Notes: generated by a model not told the origin, from the letters alone. Shown: positions 13,796-24,064, counted from the stretch's first letter. The stretch is DNA of 64,000 bases from an uncultured Alphaproteobacteria bacterium (GCA_963769465.1 CAVYMA010000019.1:50644-114643), one strand, 5' to 3'. Numbers and translations: made by a program.

Positions 13796-13957
13796 CTATG
13801 GCTCCGGCTTCTGCTCGTCCTCGTCGTCGAACAGGATGCGCTCGGCGGCCCCGTCCAGGTCGTCATACTGGCCGCTGCGCATCGCCCACAGGAAGGCGGC
13901 CAGCCCCAGGAGCCCGAGAAACAGGGCGATGGGGATCAGGTAGACCAGGCTCGCCAT
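13796..13957 (-). CDS. ccoS: cbb3 oxidase assembly protein CcoS/FixS (53 aa, not in the ORF track)
   Basis: MASLVYLIPIALFLGLLGLAAFLWAMRSGQYDDLDGAAERILFDD. Confidence 0.95.
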   Translation of the reverse strand: MASLVYLIPIALFLGLLGLAAFLWAMRSGQYDDLDGAAERILFDDEDEQKPEP

Positions 13958-13963
13958 CGGCGC

Positions 13964-16183
13964 TCAGCCCGCCGCCCGCCGACCCCAGGCCAGCCGCATC
14001 GAATTGAGCACGACCAGGATCGAGCTGCTCGACATCGCCAGGGCCGCGATCAGCGGGGTGACGTAGCCCAGGATCGCGAACGGCACGGCCAGGACGTTGT
14101 AGCCGAAGGACAGCGCGAAGTTCTGCTTCACCAGGCGCTCGGCGCGGCGGGCCACGTCGATCACCTCGAGCAGCGGGGCGAGGCGCGCACCCTGGAACAC
14201 GGCATCGGCGGCGGTCTGCGCGATGTCGACCGCGGTGGCCGGCGAGAGCGAGACGTAGGCGGCGGCCAGTGCTGGGGCGTCGTTGAGGCCGTCGCCGACC
14301 ATGAGGACCTTGCGGCCCGCGGCGGCCAGCGCCTCCAGCCGGGCGGTCTTGTCGGCCGGGCGGCAGCCCCCCTGCCAGTCCGCGATGCCGAGCTCGGCCG
14401 CGAGGCTGCCGGCGGTCTGCGGCCGGTCGCCCGACAGCAGCGCCACGCCGTAGCCACGGCGCCGCAGCTCGGCCACCACCGCGGCCGCGTCGGCGCGCGG
14501 CCGGTCGGCGAAGGCGAAGCGGACCGGCGCCGCGTCCGGCCGTGCCAGCCACAGCTCGGCGCCCACGGCGTCGTCGTCGGCGACGCCGGCGGCCCAGTCG
14601 CGGCGGCCCAGGCGCCACTCGCCGGCCGGGGTCGCGAGCCGCAGGCCGAAGCCCGGCACCTCCTCGACCCCGCCCGCGGCCTTGGCCTGCGGTGCCGCCG
14701 CCGCGAGTGCGCGCGCCAGGGGATGGCGCGACGCGCGCGCCATGCCGGCCGCGGCCAGGATGTCCGCCTCGGCCGGCCCGGGCAGCAGCGTCGGCCGGCC
14801 TTCGGTCAGCGTTCCCGTCTTGTCGAACACGACCATGTCGGCGCGCGCGAAGCGCTCCAGCGCGGTGGCCGACTTGAGCAGCGTCCCGGCGCGCATCAGC
14901 CGGCTGCTCGCCAGCACCTGCACCGCGGGCACGGCGAGGCCCAGGGCACAGGGGCAGGTGATGATCAGGACCGCGATGGCGTAGAGCAGGGCCGTCTGCC
15001 AGGGTGCCGCACCGCTGAGCGTCCAGCCGAGGAAGGTCAGCAGGGCCAGGCTGTGCACGACCGGCGCGTAGGCGCGCGCGACCCGGTCGGCGATGGCGAC
15101 GAAGCGTGAGCGCCGCTGCTCGGCCAGCTCCATCAGCCGGACGATCTCGGCCAGGAGCGTGCCTTCGCCCACCGCCCGCACACGGACGCGCAAGGGTGCC
15201 CCGAGATTGATCGTGCCGGCGAACACCCGCTCGCCGGGTGCGACGCGCTGCGGCACGCTCTCGCCGGTGATCAGTGCGGTGTCGAGCTCGCCGCTGCCGT
15301 GGCTCACCGTGCCGTCCGCGCCGATCCGCTCCCCGGTCGCGACCAGGATCTCCTGGCCCGCCTCGAGCTGCTCCGGCCGGACGCTGCGGGTCGCCCCGTC
15401 GGGCAGGAGCAGGCTGACGGCGGCGGCGTTCAGGGCCAGGAGCCGCTCCGCCGCCGAGCGGGCGCTGCCGCGGGCGCGCTGGTCGAGGTAGCGGCCGATC
15501 AGGAGGAAGAACAGCAGCGTGATGGCGCTGTCGAAATAGGCGTGCGGACCGCCGCGGATCGTCTCGACCAGGCTCATGCCGGGTGCGAGGATCACCGCGA
15601 GCGAGATCGGCACGTCCATGTTGGTGTGGCCGGCGCGCAGCGCGGTCAGGGCGGACCGGAAGAACGGGCGGCCGGCATAGGCGATGGCGGGAAGGGCGAT
15701 CAGCGCCTGGAACCAGTGCAGGAAGGTCCGGGTGGCGTCGCCCATGCCGGAGAAGTGGCCGGCCCAGACCGAGACCGCGAGGAGCATCACGTTGCTGGCG
15801 GCGAAGCCGGCCACGGCCACGCAGCGCAGGAGCTCGCGCTCCGAGCGGTCGTCCAGTGCTCGCAGCCGCTCGGGATCGAACGGCACCACGCCGTAGCCGA
15901 GTTCCGCCACCGCCTGCGCCAGGCGGTCGCCGCGCCGCGTCTCGCCCTGCCAGCGCAGGGTCAGCCGGCGCGTGGTCAGGTTGACCCGCGCGGTGAGCAG
16001 GTCGCCCTCCCGCTCGAGCCGGCGCTCGATCTTGCGCACGCAGGCCCCGCAATGGACGCCCTCGACCAGGAGATGCAGGACGTTGACGTCGCCGTCCGGC
16101 TCGAGGCGCACGAACGGCGCGACGTCCGGCGAGGGTGCTTCGGCCGGGCGTTCGGGCAGGCTCGGGGCGAGCGAGCTGGCCAT
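13964..16183 (-). CDS. ccoI: Cu-translocating P-type ATPase CcoI/FixI
   Basis: HCGAC heavy-metal domain, TGES, CPCALG, DKTGT, GDGLND; lies in fixGHIS. Confidence 0.95.
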   Translation of the reverse strand: MASSLAPSLPERPAEAPSPDVAPFVRLEPDGDVNVLHLLVEGVHCGACVRKIERRLEREGDLLTARVNLTTRRLTLRWQGETRRGDRLAQAVAELGYGVVPFDPERLRALDDRSERELLRCVAVAGFAASNVMLLAVSVWAGHFSGMGDATRTFLHWFQALIALPAIAYAGRPFFRSALTALRAGHTNMDVPISLAVILAPGMSLVETIRGGPHAYFDSAITLLFFLLIGRYLDQRARGSARSAAERLLALNAAAVSLLLPDGATRSVRPEQLEAGQEILVATGERIGADGTVSHGSGELDTALITGESVPQRVAPGERVFAGTINLGAPLRVRVRAVGEGTLLAEIVRLMELAEQRRSRFVAIADRVARAYAPVVHSLALLTFLGWTLSGAAPWQTALLYAIAVLIITCPCALGLAVPAVQVLASSRLMRAGTLLKSATALERFARADMVVFDKTGTLTEGRPTLLPGPAEADILAAAGMARASRHPLARALAAAAPQAKAAGGVEEVPGFGLRLATPAGEWRLGRRDWAAGVADDDAVGAELWLARPDAAPVRFAFADRPRADAAAVVAELRRRGYGVALLSGDRPQTAGSLAAELGIADWQGGCRPADKTARLEALAAAGRKVLMVGDGLNDAPALAAAYVSLSPATAVDIAQTAADAVFQGARLAPLLEVIDVARRAERLVKQNFALSFGYNVLAVPFAILGYVTPLIAALAMSSSSILVVLNSMRLAWGRRAAG

Positions 16184-16185
16184 GG

Positions 16186-16677
16186 TCAGGGCAGCACGAC
16201 CCGCTGGTCGTGCACGAACAGGTCCTCGCCGCGCCGGATCGTGGCGTGCAGGTTCCAGGCCCCCGGCACCGGGAGGACGAAGCGGCCGCGATAGGCGCCG
16301 GGTGCGGTCGCGGCGAGCTCGACCGGGAAGTCCAGGCCTTCGCTGGTCGGCCGCTCGAAGCGGACCACGATCTCGGCGTCGCTCACCGGCTGGCCGGCGG
16401 CGTCGGTCAGCAGGAGCTCGACCTCGCCGCTTTCGCCGTCCAGCCGCGCCGTCAGGGCCGGCCGCCAGCCCAGGGCGGCGGCACGGGCGGCAGCGTCCAG
16501 GTTGCGGTTGTAGGTCAGGCCGCGATCGTAGGGCTGGTTGGTGGCGAGCCCCGTCCAGCTCGTCAGCGCGATCCAGATCATCGTGGCGTTGACCGCCACC
16601 ACGAGCAGGAAGAAGCCGACGAACAGCCAGGGGATCCAGTGGCCGGGCGGTCGGCGTGCGGGCATGGCGGCGTTCAC
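16186..16677 (-). CDS. ccoH: FixH/CcoH
   Basis: WIPWLFVGFFLLVVAVNATMIWIA...YDRGL.YN, RPT, PVPGAW; between ccoG and ccoI. Confidence 0.9.
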   Translation of the reverse strand: MNAAMPARRPPGHWIPWLFVGFFLLVVAVNATMIWIALTSWTGLATNQPYDRGLTYNRNLDAAARAAALGWRPALTARLDGESGEVELLLTDAAGQPVSDAEIVVRFERPTSEGLDFPVELAATAPGAYRGRFVLPVPGAWNLHATIRRGEDLFVHDQRVVLP

Positions 16678-18131
16678 CGCTTCGGGCCGCGGAAGATGGT
16701 ATCGTAGGTGGTGATGTGGCCGGTCTCCAGATCCTTGAGCGTGAGTTCGAGATCGGTCTGGTCGCTGGTCACGGTCGCCCGCGGCAGCTGGACGAAGACA
16801 TGGTGGCTGGCCACGCCGCCGGGCGGTGCCGCCAGCGTCGCCGTGGCACCCTGGCCTTCCACGCCCTGGACGGCGATCCGACCCTCGGTGGTCGTGAGGC
16901 CCAGCTCGTAGCGCTTGGGCGCATGCTCCTTGTTCATCACGCGGATGACGTAGCCGTTGCGGATGCTGCCGTCCGACATGGTGACGAACAGCGGGTTGCG
17001 GTCGGGGATGATGTTCACGTCGACCGTGTCGCGCAGCCAGAGGATGGTCAGCATCGTCAGGCCCACGCCCGCGATGACGACCACGTAGAGCAGGGTGCGC
17101 GGGCGGAACAGGCGATAGAGCGACGGCTGCCCGGCAGCGCGCAGCTCCAGGTTGCGCTCGCTGTCGTAGGCGATCAGCTTGGGCGGCCGGCCGATGCGCT
17201 CCATCACCTCGTCGCAGGCGTCGATGCACAGGCCGCAGCCGATGCATTCGAGCTGGAAGCCGTCGCGGATGTCGATCCCCGTCGGGCAGACCGCCACGCA
17301 CTGCTTGCAGTCGATGCAGTCGCCGCGCCCGTCGAAGCTGTCGCCCTTGCGGAACTTGCCGCGCGGCTCGCCGCGCCACGGCTCGTAGGTGACCGCGAGG
17401 GTGTCCTTGTCGACCAGCGCACCCTGGATGCGCGGCCACGGGCACATGTAGGTGCAGACCTGCTCGCGGGCCATGCCGGCCAGCAGGTAGGTGGTGGCGG
17501 TGAACAGCAGGACGAAGAAATAGATCCCCGCACTGGCCTGACCGGTGAAGAACTCGCCGATCACCGTGGGCGCGTCGCGGAAATACATGATCCAGGCGCC
17601 GCCGGTCAGGAACGCGATCAGCAGCCAGACGGCGTGCTTGAGGATCCGCTTGCGCCACTTCTCGGCGGTCCATGGCGCCTTGTCGAAGCGGATGCGCTCG
17701 GCGCGGTCGCCCTCGATCCAGCGCTCGACCTGCATGAACAGGTCGGTCCACACGGTCTGCGGGCAGGCGAAGCCGCACCACAGCCGCCCGAACAGGGACG
17801 TCGCGAGGAACAGGCCGAAGGCCGCCAGCATCAGGATGCCGGTCAGGAAGTAGACCTCCTGCGGCCAGATCTCGATGCCGAAGAAATAGAGCCTGCCGCC
17901 GGCCATGTCGGCGAGCACCGCCTGGGTCGGCGCGTCCGGGCCGCGGTACCAGCGCAGCCACGGCGTCAGGTAGTAGATGCCCAGCAGGACGACCAGGGCC
18001 ACCCACTTGATCGTCCGGAACTGGCCCTTGATCGCCTTGGCGTAGACCTCGACCCGGCCGGCATAGAGCGGGGACGCGCGCTGCTCGGCCCGCGAGAGCG
18101 CTTCCTCGACCTGCACGACTTCGCTGCTCAT
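16674..18131 (-). CDS. ccoG: cbb3 oxidase accessory ferredoxin-membrane protein CcoG/FixG
   Basis: GRLWCGFACPQTVW, REQVCTYMCPW, CIDCKQCVAVCPTGIDIR, CIGCGLCIDAC. Confidence 0.95.
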   Translation of the reverse strand: MSSEVVQVEEALSRAEQRASPLYAGRVEVYAKAIKGQFRTIKWVALVVLLGIYYLTPWLRWYRGPDAPTQAVLADMAGGRLYFFGIEIWPQEVYFLTGILMLAAFGLFLATSLFGRLWCGFACPQTVWTDLFMQVERWIEGDRAERIRFDKAPWTAEKWRKRILKHAVWLLIAFLTGGAWIMYFRDAPTVIGEFFTGQASAGIYFFVLLFTATTYLLAGMAREQVCTYMCPWPRIQGALVDKDTLAVTYEPWRGEPRGKFRKGDSFDGRGDCIDCKQCVAVCPTGIDIRDGFQLECIGCGLCIDACDEVMERIGRPPKLIAYDSERNLELRAAGQPSLYRLFRPRTLLYVVVIAGVGLTMLTILWLRDTVDVNIIPDRNPLFVTMSDGSIRNGYVIRVMNKEHAPKRYELGLTTTEGRIAVQGVEGQGATATLAAPPGGVASHHVFVQLPRATVTSDQTDLELTLKDLETGHITTYDTIFRGPKR

Positions 18132-18200
18132 CCCGCCCCGCCTGCCACACCTGGTCCCAGCGTCGCATCGCAGCGTGGCGCAGGATCCACGGGGTGCGCC

Positions 18201-18214
18201 TTGATCTCGCGCAT
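18201..18214. promoter_or_regulatory. Degenerate FNR/FixK box upstream of ccoG
   Basis: TTGAT-CTCG-CGCAT, one perfect half-site about 70 bp upstream of ccoG. Confidence 0.3.
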
Positions 18215-18330
18215 CCGGGGCGTGCCTGCGTGCGCCCGAGCGACGGTCCGATCCCGGCAAGTTGCGGCAGGTGCGGCGGCGCTGTCTCGATCCGTGCCGA
18301 CGCTGCGACATCGTGCGCCAGGGGTGCCGC

Positions 18331-18747
18331 TCAGTCGTCCCGTGCGGCCGTCTCCAGCTTGGCCATCTCCACGGCGCAGCGCACCTCGATCGCGTCGAGC
18401 AGGCCCTGCAGGCGCGGCTCGTCGGCCACGTCGATCCTGCGGCCGAGCTCGCCCTGCAGTCGGCGCAGCAGGTCCAGCGGCACGGCCCCGGCCATCAGCC
18501 CCAGGCGCAGCTCGTCCAGGCGGTCGAGGATCGAGCGGCCGCGGCCGAGCGCGCGCCGCCGCCGCTCCGCCATGGGCTCGGGGACGTCCTGCAGGGCCAG
18601 GAGGCCGCCCAGCGGCGGCAGCGCGCCGGCCGGCGCGGCCGTCGCGGCGGTCCCCGGCCCGGCCAGGCTGAAGCCCGCAGCCGGCGGCGCCCGTCCGGCC
18701 GCGTCGGCCGATCGCAGCCTCGCCCCGCCCGCGCCCGTGACCTGCAT
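18331..18747 (-). CDS. fliX: Flagellar assembly regulator FliX
   Basis: LLALQ...RRRRALGRGRSILDRLDELRLGL...LDAIEVRCAVEMAK; divergent from flgI as in Caulobacter. Confidence 0.85.
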   Translation of the reverse strand: MQVTGAGGARLRSADAAGRAPPAAGFSLAGPGTAATAAPAGALPPLGGLLALQDVPEPMAERRRRALGRGRSILDRLDELRLGLMAGAVPLDLLRRLQGELGRRIDVADEPRLQGLLDAIEVRCAVEMAKLETAARDD

Positions 18748-18800
18748 CCGCCCTCTCCACCCCAGGCTCGTCCTGCCGCACCGTTGTGGCGTGGGGGCGC

Positions 18801-18816
18801 TCAAGAATCGGTTAAC
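18801..18816. promoter_or_regulatory. CtrA-like binding site between fliX and flgI
   Basis: TCAA-GAATCGG-TTAAC versus consensus TTAA-N7-TTAAC. Confidence 0.6.
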
Positions 18817-18830
18817 TCACGGCGCGGATA

Positions 18831-19992
18831 ATGGCGGTCATGTGGAACCGGATGACGACCGCTCGGCGCTTGAGGCACGGCCTGGACCGCATGGTCCGGG
18901 GGCTGGTGCCGGCGATGCTGCTCGCCCTGCTGCCCGGCGCGGTCGATGCCGCCTCCCGGGTCAAGGACATCGCCGACTTCGAGGGCGTCCGCACCAACAT
19001 GCTGGTGGGCTACGGCCTCGTCGTCGGCCTCAACGGGACCGGCGACAGCCTGCGCAACTCCATGTTCACCCAGGAGAGCCTGGTCGCCATGCTGGAGCGG
19101 CTGGGTGTCAGCACCCGCGGCAACGCGCTCAACACCAAGAACGTGGCGGCGGTGATGGTCACCGCCACCCTGCCGCCCTTCGCCCGGCAGGGCAGCCGGA
19201 TCGACGTCGCGGTCAGCGCGCTCGGCGATTCCAAGTCGCTGCCAGGGCGGCACGCTGCTGGTGACACCCCTGCTCGGCGCCGACGGCGAGGCCTATGCGG
19301 TGGCGCAGGGTGCGTTGAGCGTCGGGGGGTTCGAGGCGCAAGGCGAAGCCGAGACCGTGACCCGCGGCGTGCCGACGGCGGCACGGATCCCGGCGGGTGC
19401 CATCATCGAGCGCGAGGTCGGCTTCGCGCTGGACGATCTGACCCTGATCCGGCTGGCGCTGCGCAACCCCGACTTCACCACCGCCGAGCGCATCGCCGCC
19501 GCGATCAACGGCCGGCTGGGGGCGGCGACCGCCCGGGCCGTGGATTCGGCCACCATCACCTTGCCGGTGCCCGCGGCCTATGTCGGGCGTGTCGCCCAGC
19601 TGCTGGGCGAGATCGAGCAGCTGCCGGTCGAGCCGGACACGGTGGCCCGCATCCTGATCGACGAGCGCTCCGGGATCATCGTCATGGGCGACAATGTCCA
19701 GATCAGCCGGGTGGCGGTCGCCCAGGGCAACCTCACCGTGCGCGTGACCGAGACGCCCCAGGTGTCGCAGCCGAACCCGCTGGCGGACGGCCGGACCGTC
19801 GAGGTGCCGCGGACCGAGATCGAGATCGACGACCAGGCCGGCAACCGCATGGTGGCGCTCGAGCCGGGCGTGACCCTCAAGGACCTGGTGGACGGCCTCA
19901 ACGCCCTGGGCGTGGGGCCCCGCGACCTGATCGGCATCCTGCAGGCCATCAAGGCCGCCGGGGCGCTGCAGGCCGAGATCGAGGTGATCTGA
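18831..19992 (+). CDS. flgI: Flagellar P-ring protein FlgI (frameshift near 19245; start uncertain)
   Basis: RVKDIADFEGVR.N.LVGYGLVVGLNGTGD, NVAAVMVTATLPPF, ILQAIKAAGALQAE. Confidence 0.95.
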
Positions 19993-20273
19993 TGGTGGCC
20001 CTCACCCATGTCGGACAGCAGCCGGGCCAGCGGGTGCCCGGCGACCTCGAGGCCGTGCGCCGCGCCGCCGAGGATTTCGAGGCGGTGTTCGTGGGCCAGC
20101 TGCTCGGCAGCATGATGGAAGGCCTGGCCAAGGACGGCCCGCTGGGCGGAGGCGACGACCCGTTCGCCGCCCTGCTGCGCGAGGAATACGGCAAGCTGAT
20201 CGCGCGCAGCGGCGGCATCGGCGTCGCCGATGCCGTCCTGAACGAACTTCTGCGCGCCCAGGAGGCCGGATGA
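19992..20273 (+). CDS. flgJ: Short rod-binding FlgJ-like protein
   Basis: AAEDFEAVF..LL..M...GGIGVAD.V..ELL..Q; start overlaps flgI stop. Confidence 0.8.
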   Translation: MVALTHVGQQPGQRVPGDLEAVRRAAEDFEAVFVGQLLGSMMEGLAKDGPLGGGDDPFAALLREEYGKLIARSGGIGVADAVLNELLRAQEAG

Positions 20274-20698
20274 GCGCCGCCGAGAGCAGGATCGCCCTGC
20301 TGCTGGCACTGATGCGCCAGCTGCAGGAGGTGATGCGCGCCGAGAACGGGCTGCTGCGCGACCTCAAGCTGGCCCGCCTGCGCGAGCTGCAGAGCGAGAA
20401 GGCGGCGCTGGCGGGCCGCTACGAGCTGGAGCTGCGCGGCCTGCGCCAGGCGCCGGAGACGCTGGCCGGGCTCGGCGAGGATGGGCGGCGGCTCCTGGAG
20501 GCCAGCATGCGCGACTTCCAGGCCACGGTGCGCAGCAACGCCGAGCGCCTGGTCCAGGCGCGCGGCGTGGTCGAGGCGGTGGTGCAGACCATCGGCCACA
20601 GCCTCGCGGCCGATGGTGCGCGCTACGCCCCCGGTCCGCAGCCGGCCGGCGACGCGGGCGCGCGGGTGATCCCGGTCGCCTTCGACCGGCGCTGCTAG
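20270..20698 (+). CDS. FlgN-like flagellar chaperone
   Basis: Helical protein with AENGLL and EKAAL..RYE motifs, directly before flgK. Confidence 0.55.
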   Translation: MSAAESRIALLLALMRQLQEVMRAENGLLRDLKLARLRELQSEKAALAGRYELELRGLRQAPETLAGLGEDGRRLLEASMRDFQATVRSNAERLVQARGVVEAVVQTIGHSLAADGARYAPGPQPAGDAGARVIPVAFDRRC

Positions 20699-20710
20699 GA
20701 GCGAGGCCCC

Positions 20711-22591
20711 TTGTCCCTCAACGCGGTCCTCTCCAATGCGCTCAGCGGCCTCGCGGTGGCGCAGAACGCGCTCGCGGTGACGTCGAACAACGTCGCGAAC
20801 GCCAACACCGAGGGCTATGCGCGGCAGCTGGCGCAACAGGAGACGGTGGTCATCGACGGGCGCGGCGCCGGTGCACGCTCCGCCGACACCGTCCGCATGG
20901 TCGACGAGCTGCTCAACGCCCGGCTGCGCGAACAGGAGGCCCGGGTCGGCCGCAGCGAGACGCTGGCTGCCGTCCATGTCCAGATCCAGGACCGGCTGTT
21001 CGGCGCACCCGCCGATGCCGACCGCGGGCTCGGCAACCTGATCGGTCGCCTGGCCAGCGCCGCGGAAACGCTGGCCGGCGGGCCCGACCAGATCGCCTAC
21101 GCCCAGAACGTGGTCGCGGCCGCCGAGGACCTGGCCCGCGGGCTCGCCTCCGCGGAGGCCGAGGTGCAGGCACTGCGGCGCGAGGTCGACACCCGGATCG
21201 CGGGCACGGTGGCCGCGATCAACGGCGGGCTGGCGCAGCTCGCCGAGATCAACGAGGCGATCGGTCGTAGCGGGGCCGGGCCCGAGCTGCTGGACCGGCG
21301 CGATTCGCTTCTGGCCGGCCTCTCCGGCAAGCTGGACCTCGCCGTGGCGTTTCGCGAGGACGGGTCGGCCACGGTCTACACCCGCGCCGGCCAGCCGCTG
21401 CTCGACGCCTCGCTGCGCCAGCTGGTCTACGAGCCGGCGGCAGCGGTCGGCGCCGCCACGAGCTTCGGGGCGATCCGCTCCTTCCGCGCCGACGCGATCG
21501 ATCCGGCCACCGGTGCGCCCGTGGCGGGTGCCGTGGGCACGGTGCTGGTGAGCGCCGGCGTGCGCGCGGCGCTGACGCCCGAGCTGGCCGGCGACGCGAT
21601 CGCCGACTCGGCGCAGATCGTGGTCTCGACGCTGCAGGGCGGCGAGATCCAGGGGCTGCTCGAGGCCCGCGACCAGGTGCTGCCGAAGCTCAGCGATCAG
21701 CTGGGCGAGCTTGCCGACATCGCCCGCTTCACCCTCAACGCGGCGCACAATGCGGCAACGCCGCAGCCCCCGCCGCAGGCGCTGGCGGGGACGCGCACCG
21801 ACACGGCTGCGTTTGCCACCGCGACCCGCAGCGGCACCGCCTACCTCGCGGTCGTCGACCGTGCCACCGGCAACGTCTCCGCCACGCTGGCCGTGGATGT
21901 CGGCGCCGCGACCGACGCCGCGACCCTGGCGGGGCAGCTCACGGCCGGGCTCGGTGCTTTCGGGACGGCCACCATTGCTGCCGATGGCCGGCTCGAGCTC
22001 ACGGCTGCGGCAGGCTACGGCCTCGCCATCGCCGAGGGCGACAGCGCGATCACCGTGCCCGATGCCGCCGGGCACGGCCGGCCCCAGGGCTTCAGCCATT
22101 TCTTCGGCCTCAACGACCTCCTGGTGCCCGACGGGAACGGCGGCGCCGGCCTGAAGGTGCGCGACGAGGTGGCGGCGGACGCCACCCGGCTGTCCCGCTC
22201 CGTGCTCGACGTGGCGGCCGGGCCGCCCCCGACCGCGCGCCTGGGCGGTGCCGGGGACAATCGCGGCGCGCAGGCGCTCGCGGCCGCGTTCGAGACCCGG
22301 GTCGCCACCGTCGCCCGGGGCGAGCTGCCGGCGGGCAGCTTCCGGCTCGCCGACTATGCCGCCGAGATCGTGGCGGTGCGCGCGGGTGCCGCCGAGCGCG
22401 CCGGCAGTTCGGCCGCGAACGACCTTGCGCTGGCCGACGATCTGCGCGCGCGTCAGGCCGAGGTGTCGGGCGTGAATCTCGACGAGGAGCTGGCGCGGCT
22501 GGTCCTGTTCCAGGAGGCCTACAGCGTGGCGGCGCGGTTGATCGCGATCACCGACCAGCTCTTCGACGAGCTCCTGGGCATCGTGGGCTGA
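20711..22591 (+). CDS. flgK: Hook-associated protein FlgK
   Basis: ALSGL...SNNVANANTEGYARQ; SGVNLDEELARLVLFQEAY. Confidence 0.95.
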   Translation: MSLNAVLSNALSGLAVAQNALAVTSNNVANANTEGYARQLAQQETVVIDGRGAGARSADTVRMVDELLNARLREQEARVGRSETLAAVHVQIQDRLFGAPADADRGLGNLIGRLASAAETLAGGPDQIAYAQNVVAAAEDLARGLASAEAEVQALRREVDTRIAGTVAAINGGLAQLAEINEAIGRSGAGPELLDRRDSLLAGLSGKLDLAVAFREDGSATVYTRAGQPLLDASLRQLVYEPAAAVGAATSFGAIRSFRADAIDPATGAPVAGAVGTVLVSAGVRAALTPELAGDAIADSAQIVVSTLQGGEIQGLLEARDQVLPKLSDQLGELADIARFTLNAAHNAATPQPPPQALAGTRTDTAAFATATRSGTAYLAVVDRATGNVSATLAVDVGAATDAATLAGQLTAGLGAFGTATIAADGRLELTAAAGYGLAIAEGDSAITVPDAAGHGRPQGFSHFFGLNDLLVPDGNGGAGLKVRDEVAADATRLSRSVLDVAAGPPPTARLGGAGDNRGAQALAAAFETRVATVARGELPAGSFRLADYAAEIVAVRAGAAERAGSSAANDLALADDLRARQAEVSGVNLDEELARLVLFQEAYSVAARLIAITDQLFDELLGIVG

Positions 22592-22602
22592 GGAGCGCGA
22601 CC

Positions 22603-23502
22603 ATGGCGACACGGATCGGCGATCTCGCACACAGCCGGCGCCTGACCGCCGATCTGACCACGATCCAGGCCCGCCTGCGCGAGTCCGAGGCGGCGGCCAG
22701 CTCCGGCAAGGCCGCCACGCGGTTCGACCAGATCGCGGACCGCGCGGGCGAGCTGCTGCGGGTCAAGGATGCGCGGGCCGTCAGGTCGACGCTGGCCGAC
22801 CAGAACGAGCGGCTCGGGCAGCGGCTCCAGCTCATGGACGTCGCATTGGGCAGCGTGGTGGACATCGCCGCCCGGGCACGCACCGCCCTGGTCCAGCGGC
22901 TGGACGGCGGCATGGGCAGCGACGTGCCGCTCGACACGCTGATCGACGGCATGCTGGCCGAGCTGGAGTCGGCCCTGAACGCGCGCCAGGACGGCCAGTA
23001 TCTCTTCGCCGGCAGCCGGAGCGACACCGCACCGGTCGACCTTCCGGTGCCGCCACCGACGGTGGCCGACCCCGCCCTCTATTACCGCGGCGATTCGATC
23101 CGGCTGACCACCAGAGCCGACCTCGGGCTCGATCTCGCCTACGGCGTCACCGCCGACGCGGCGCCGGTCGCCGAGCTGATCGCCTCGCTGGGCCAGGCCC
23201 GTGCGGCACACCTCGCCGACGACCGGGCCGGGCTCACGGCCGCCATGGCCGGGCTGGAGACCGCCCTGGACGGGCTCACCGGCCTGCGCGCCGGCGTCGG
23301 CATCACCGCCGAGCGTCTGGAAACGGTGACCGAGGTCCAACGCTCGGCCATCCTCTACCTCGACGAGATCGTGGCCTCGATCGAGGATGTCGACCTTGCC
23401 GCCGTGCTGACCCGGATCGCCGCCGACCGGACGACGCTGGAGGCCGGCTACTCGGTGACCGGCAAGCTCGCCTCCCTGTCGCTCGCGGACTATCTGCGCT
23501 GA
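22603..23502 (+). CDS. flgL: Hook-associated protein FlgL (flagellin family)
   Basis: SSGK, LNARQDGQYLFAGSRSDTAPV, LSLADYLR end; follows flgK. Confidence 0.85.
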   Translation: MATRIGDLAHSRRLTADLTTIQARLRESEAAASSGKAATRFDQIADRAGELLRVKDARAVRSTLADQNERLGQRLQLMDVALGSVVDIAARARTALVQRLDGGMGSDVPLDTLIDGMLAELESALNARQDGQYLFAGSRSDTAPVDLPVPPPTVADPALYYRGDSIRLTTRADLGLDLAYGVTADAAPVAELIASLGQARAAHLADDRAGLTAAMAGLETALDGLTGLRAGVGITAERLETVTEVQRSAILYLDEIVASIEDVDLAAVLTRIAADRTTLEAGYSVTGKLASLSLADYLR

Positions 23503-23514
23503 CGGGTGCGCCCG

Positions 23515-23530
23515 TTAGCCGGTGCTTAAC
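23515..23530. promoter_or_regulatory. CtrA-like binding site upstream of fliW
   Basis: TTAG-CCGGTGC-TTAAC. Confidence 0.55.
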
Positions 23531-23587
23531 CATCGCGGGCGCATACCTGCCTCGATGCTCCGTGCAGCAGCACCGTGGAGACCGGCC

Positions 23588-24064
23588 ATGGACCAGCAGT
23601 CGGGCCAGGATGTGGATGGTGGCGTTCCCGTGACGGGAGCTGGGGCGGCCGTGCGGCCGGAGGAGGCCGCGGCGGCCACGATCGCGTTCCCGCAGGGCCT
23701 GCCGGGATTTCCCGGTGCCACCCGGTTCGCGTTGATGCCGCTCGGACCGGCCGCCGGCGGCATGCTGGTGATGCAGAGCGCCGACGAGCCGGACTTGCGC
23801 TTTCTCGTCCTGCCCTACCAGGACGACCGGCTGCCGCTGCGCCGTGCCGACCTCGACCGGGCCTGCGCGCTTGCCGGCGTGCCCAGCCAGCGTGCGGCGG
23901 TCCTCCTGGTGGTGACCCGGCGGCCAGCCGTGACCGCGGGCGAGGACGGCGAGCTGTTCGTGAACCTCCGCGCGCCGGTGCTGGTCGACACCGAGCGCCG
24001 GACCGCGGTCCAATGCGTGCTGCCGAGCCCCGACTACGCCGTCCGCCACCCGCTCGCGGCCTGA
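23588..24064 (+). CDS. fliW: Flagellar assembly factor FliW
   Basis: IAFPQGLPGF, MQSADEPDLRFLV, VNLRAPVLVD...Q.VL...Y.VRHPL. Confidence 0.9.
   Translation: MDQQSGQDVDGGVPVTGAGAAVRPEEAAAATIAFPQGLPGFPGATRFALMPLGPAAGGMLVMQSADEPDLRFLVLPYQDDRLPLRRADLDRACALAGVPSQRAAVLLVVTRRPAVTAGEDGELFVNLRAPVLVDTERRTAVQCVLPSPDYAVRHPLAA

Noticed and set aside
16186-18168. 660-aa ORF as a long FixH fusion
   Set aside because: Upstream part is an off-frame read of ccoG; real ccoH starts near 16677
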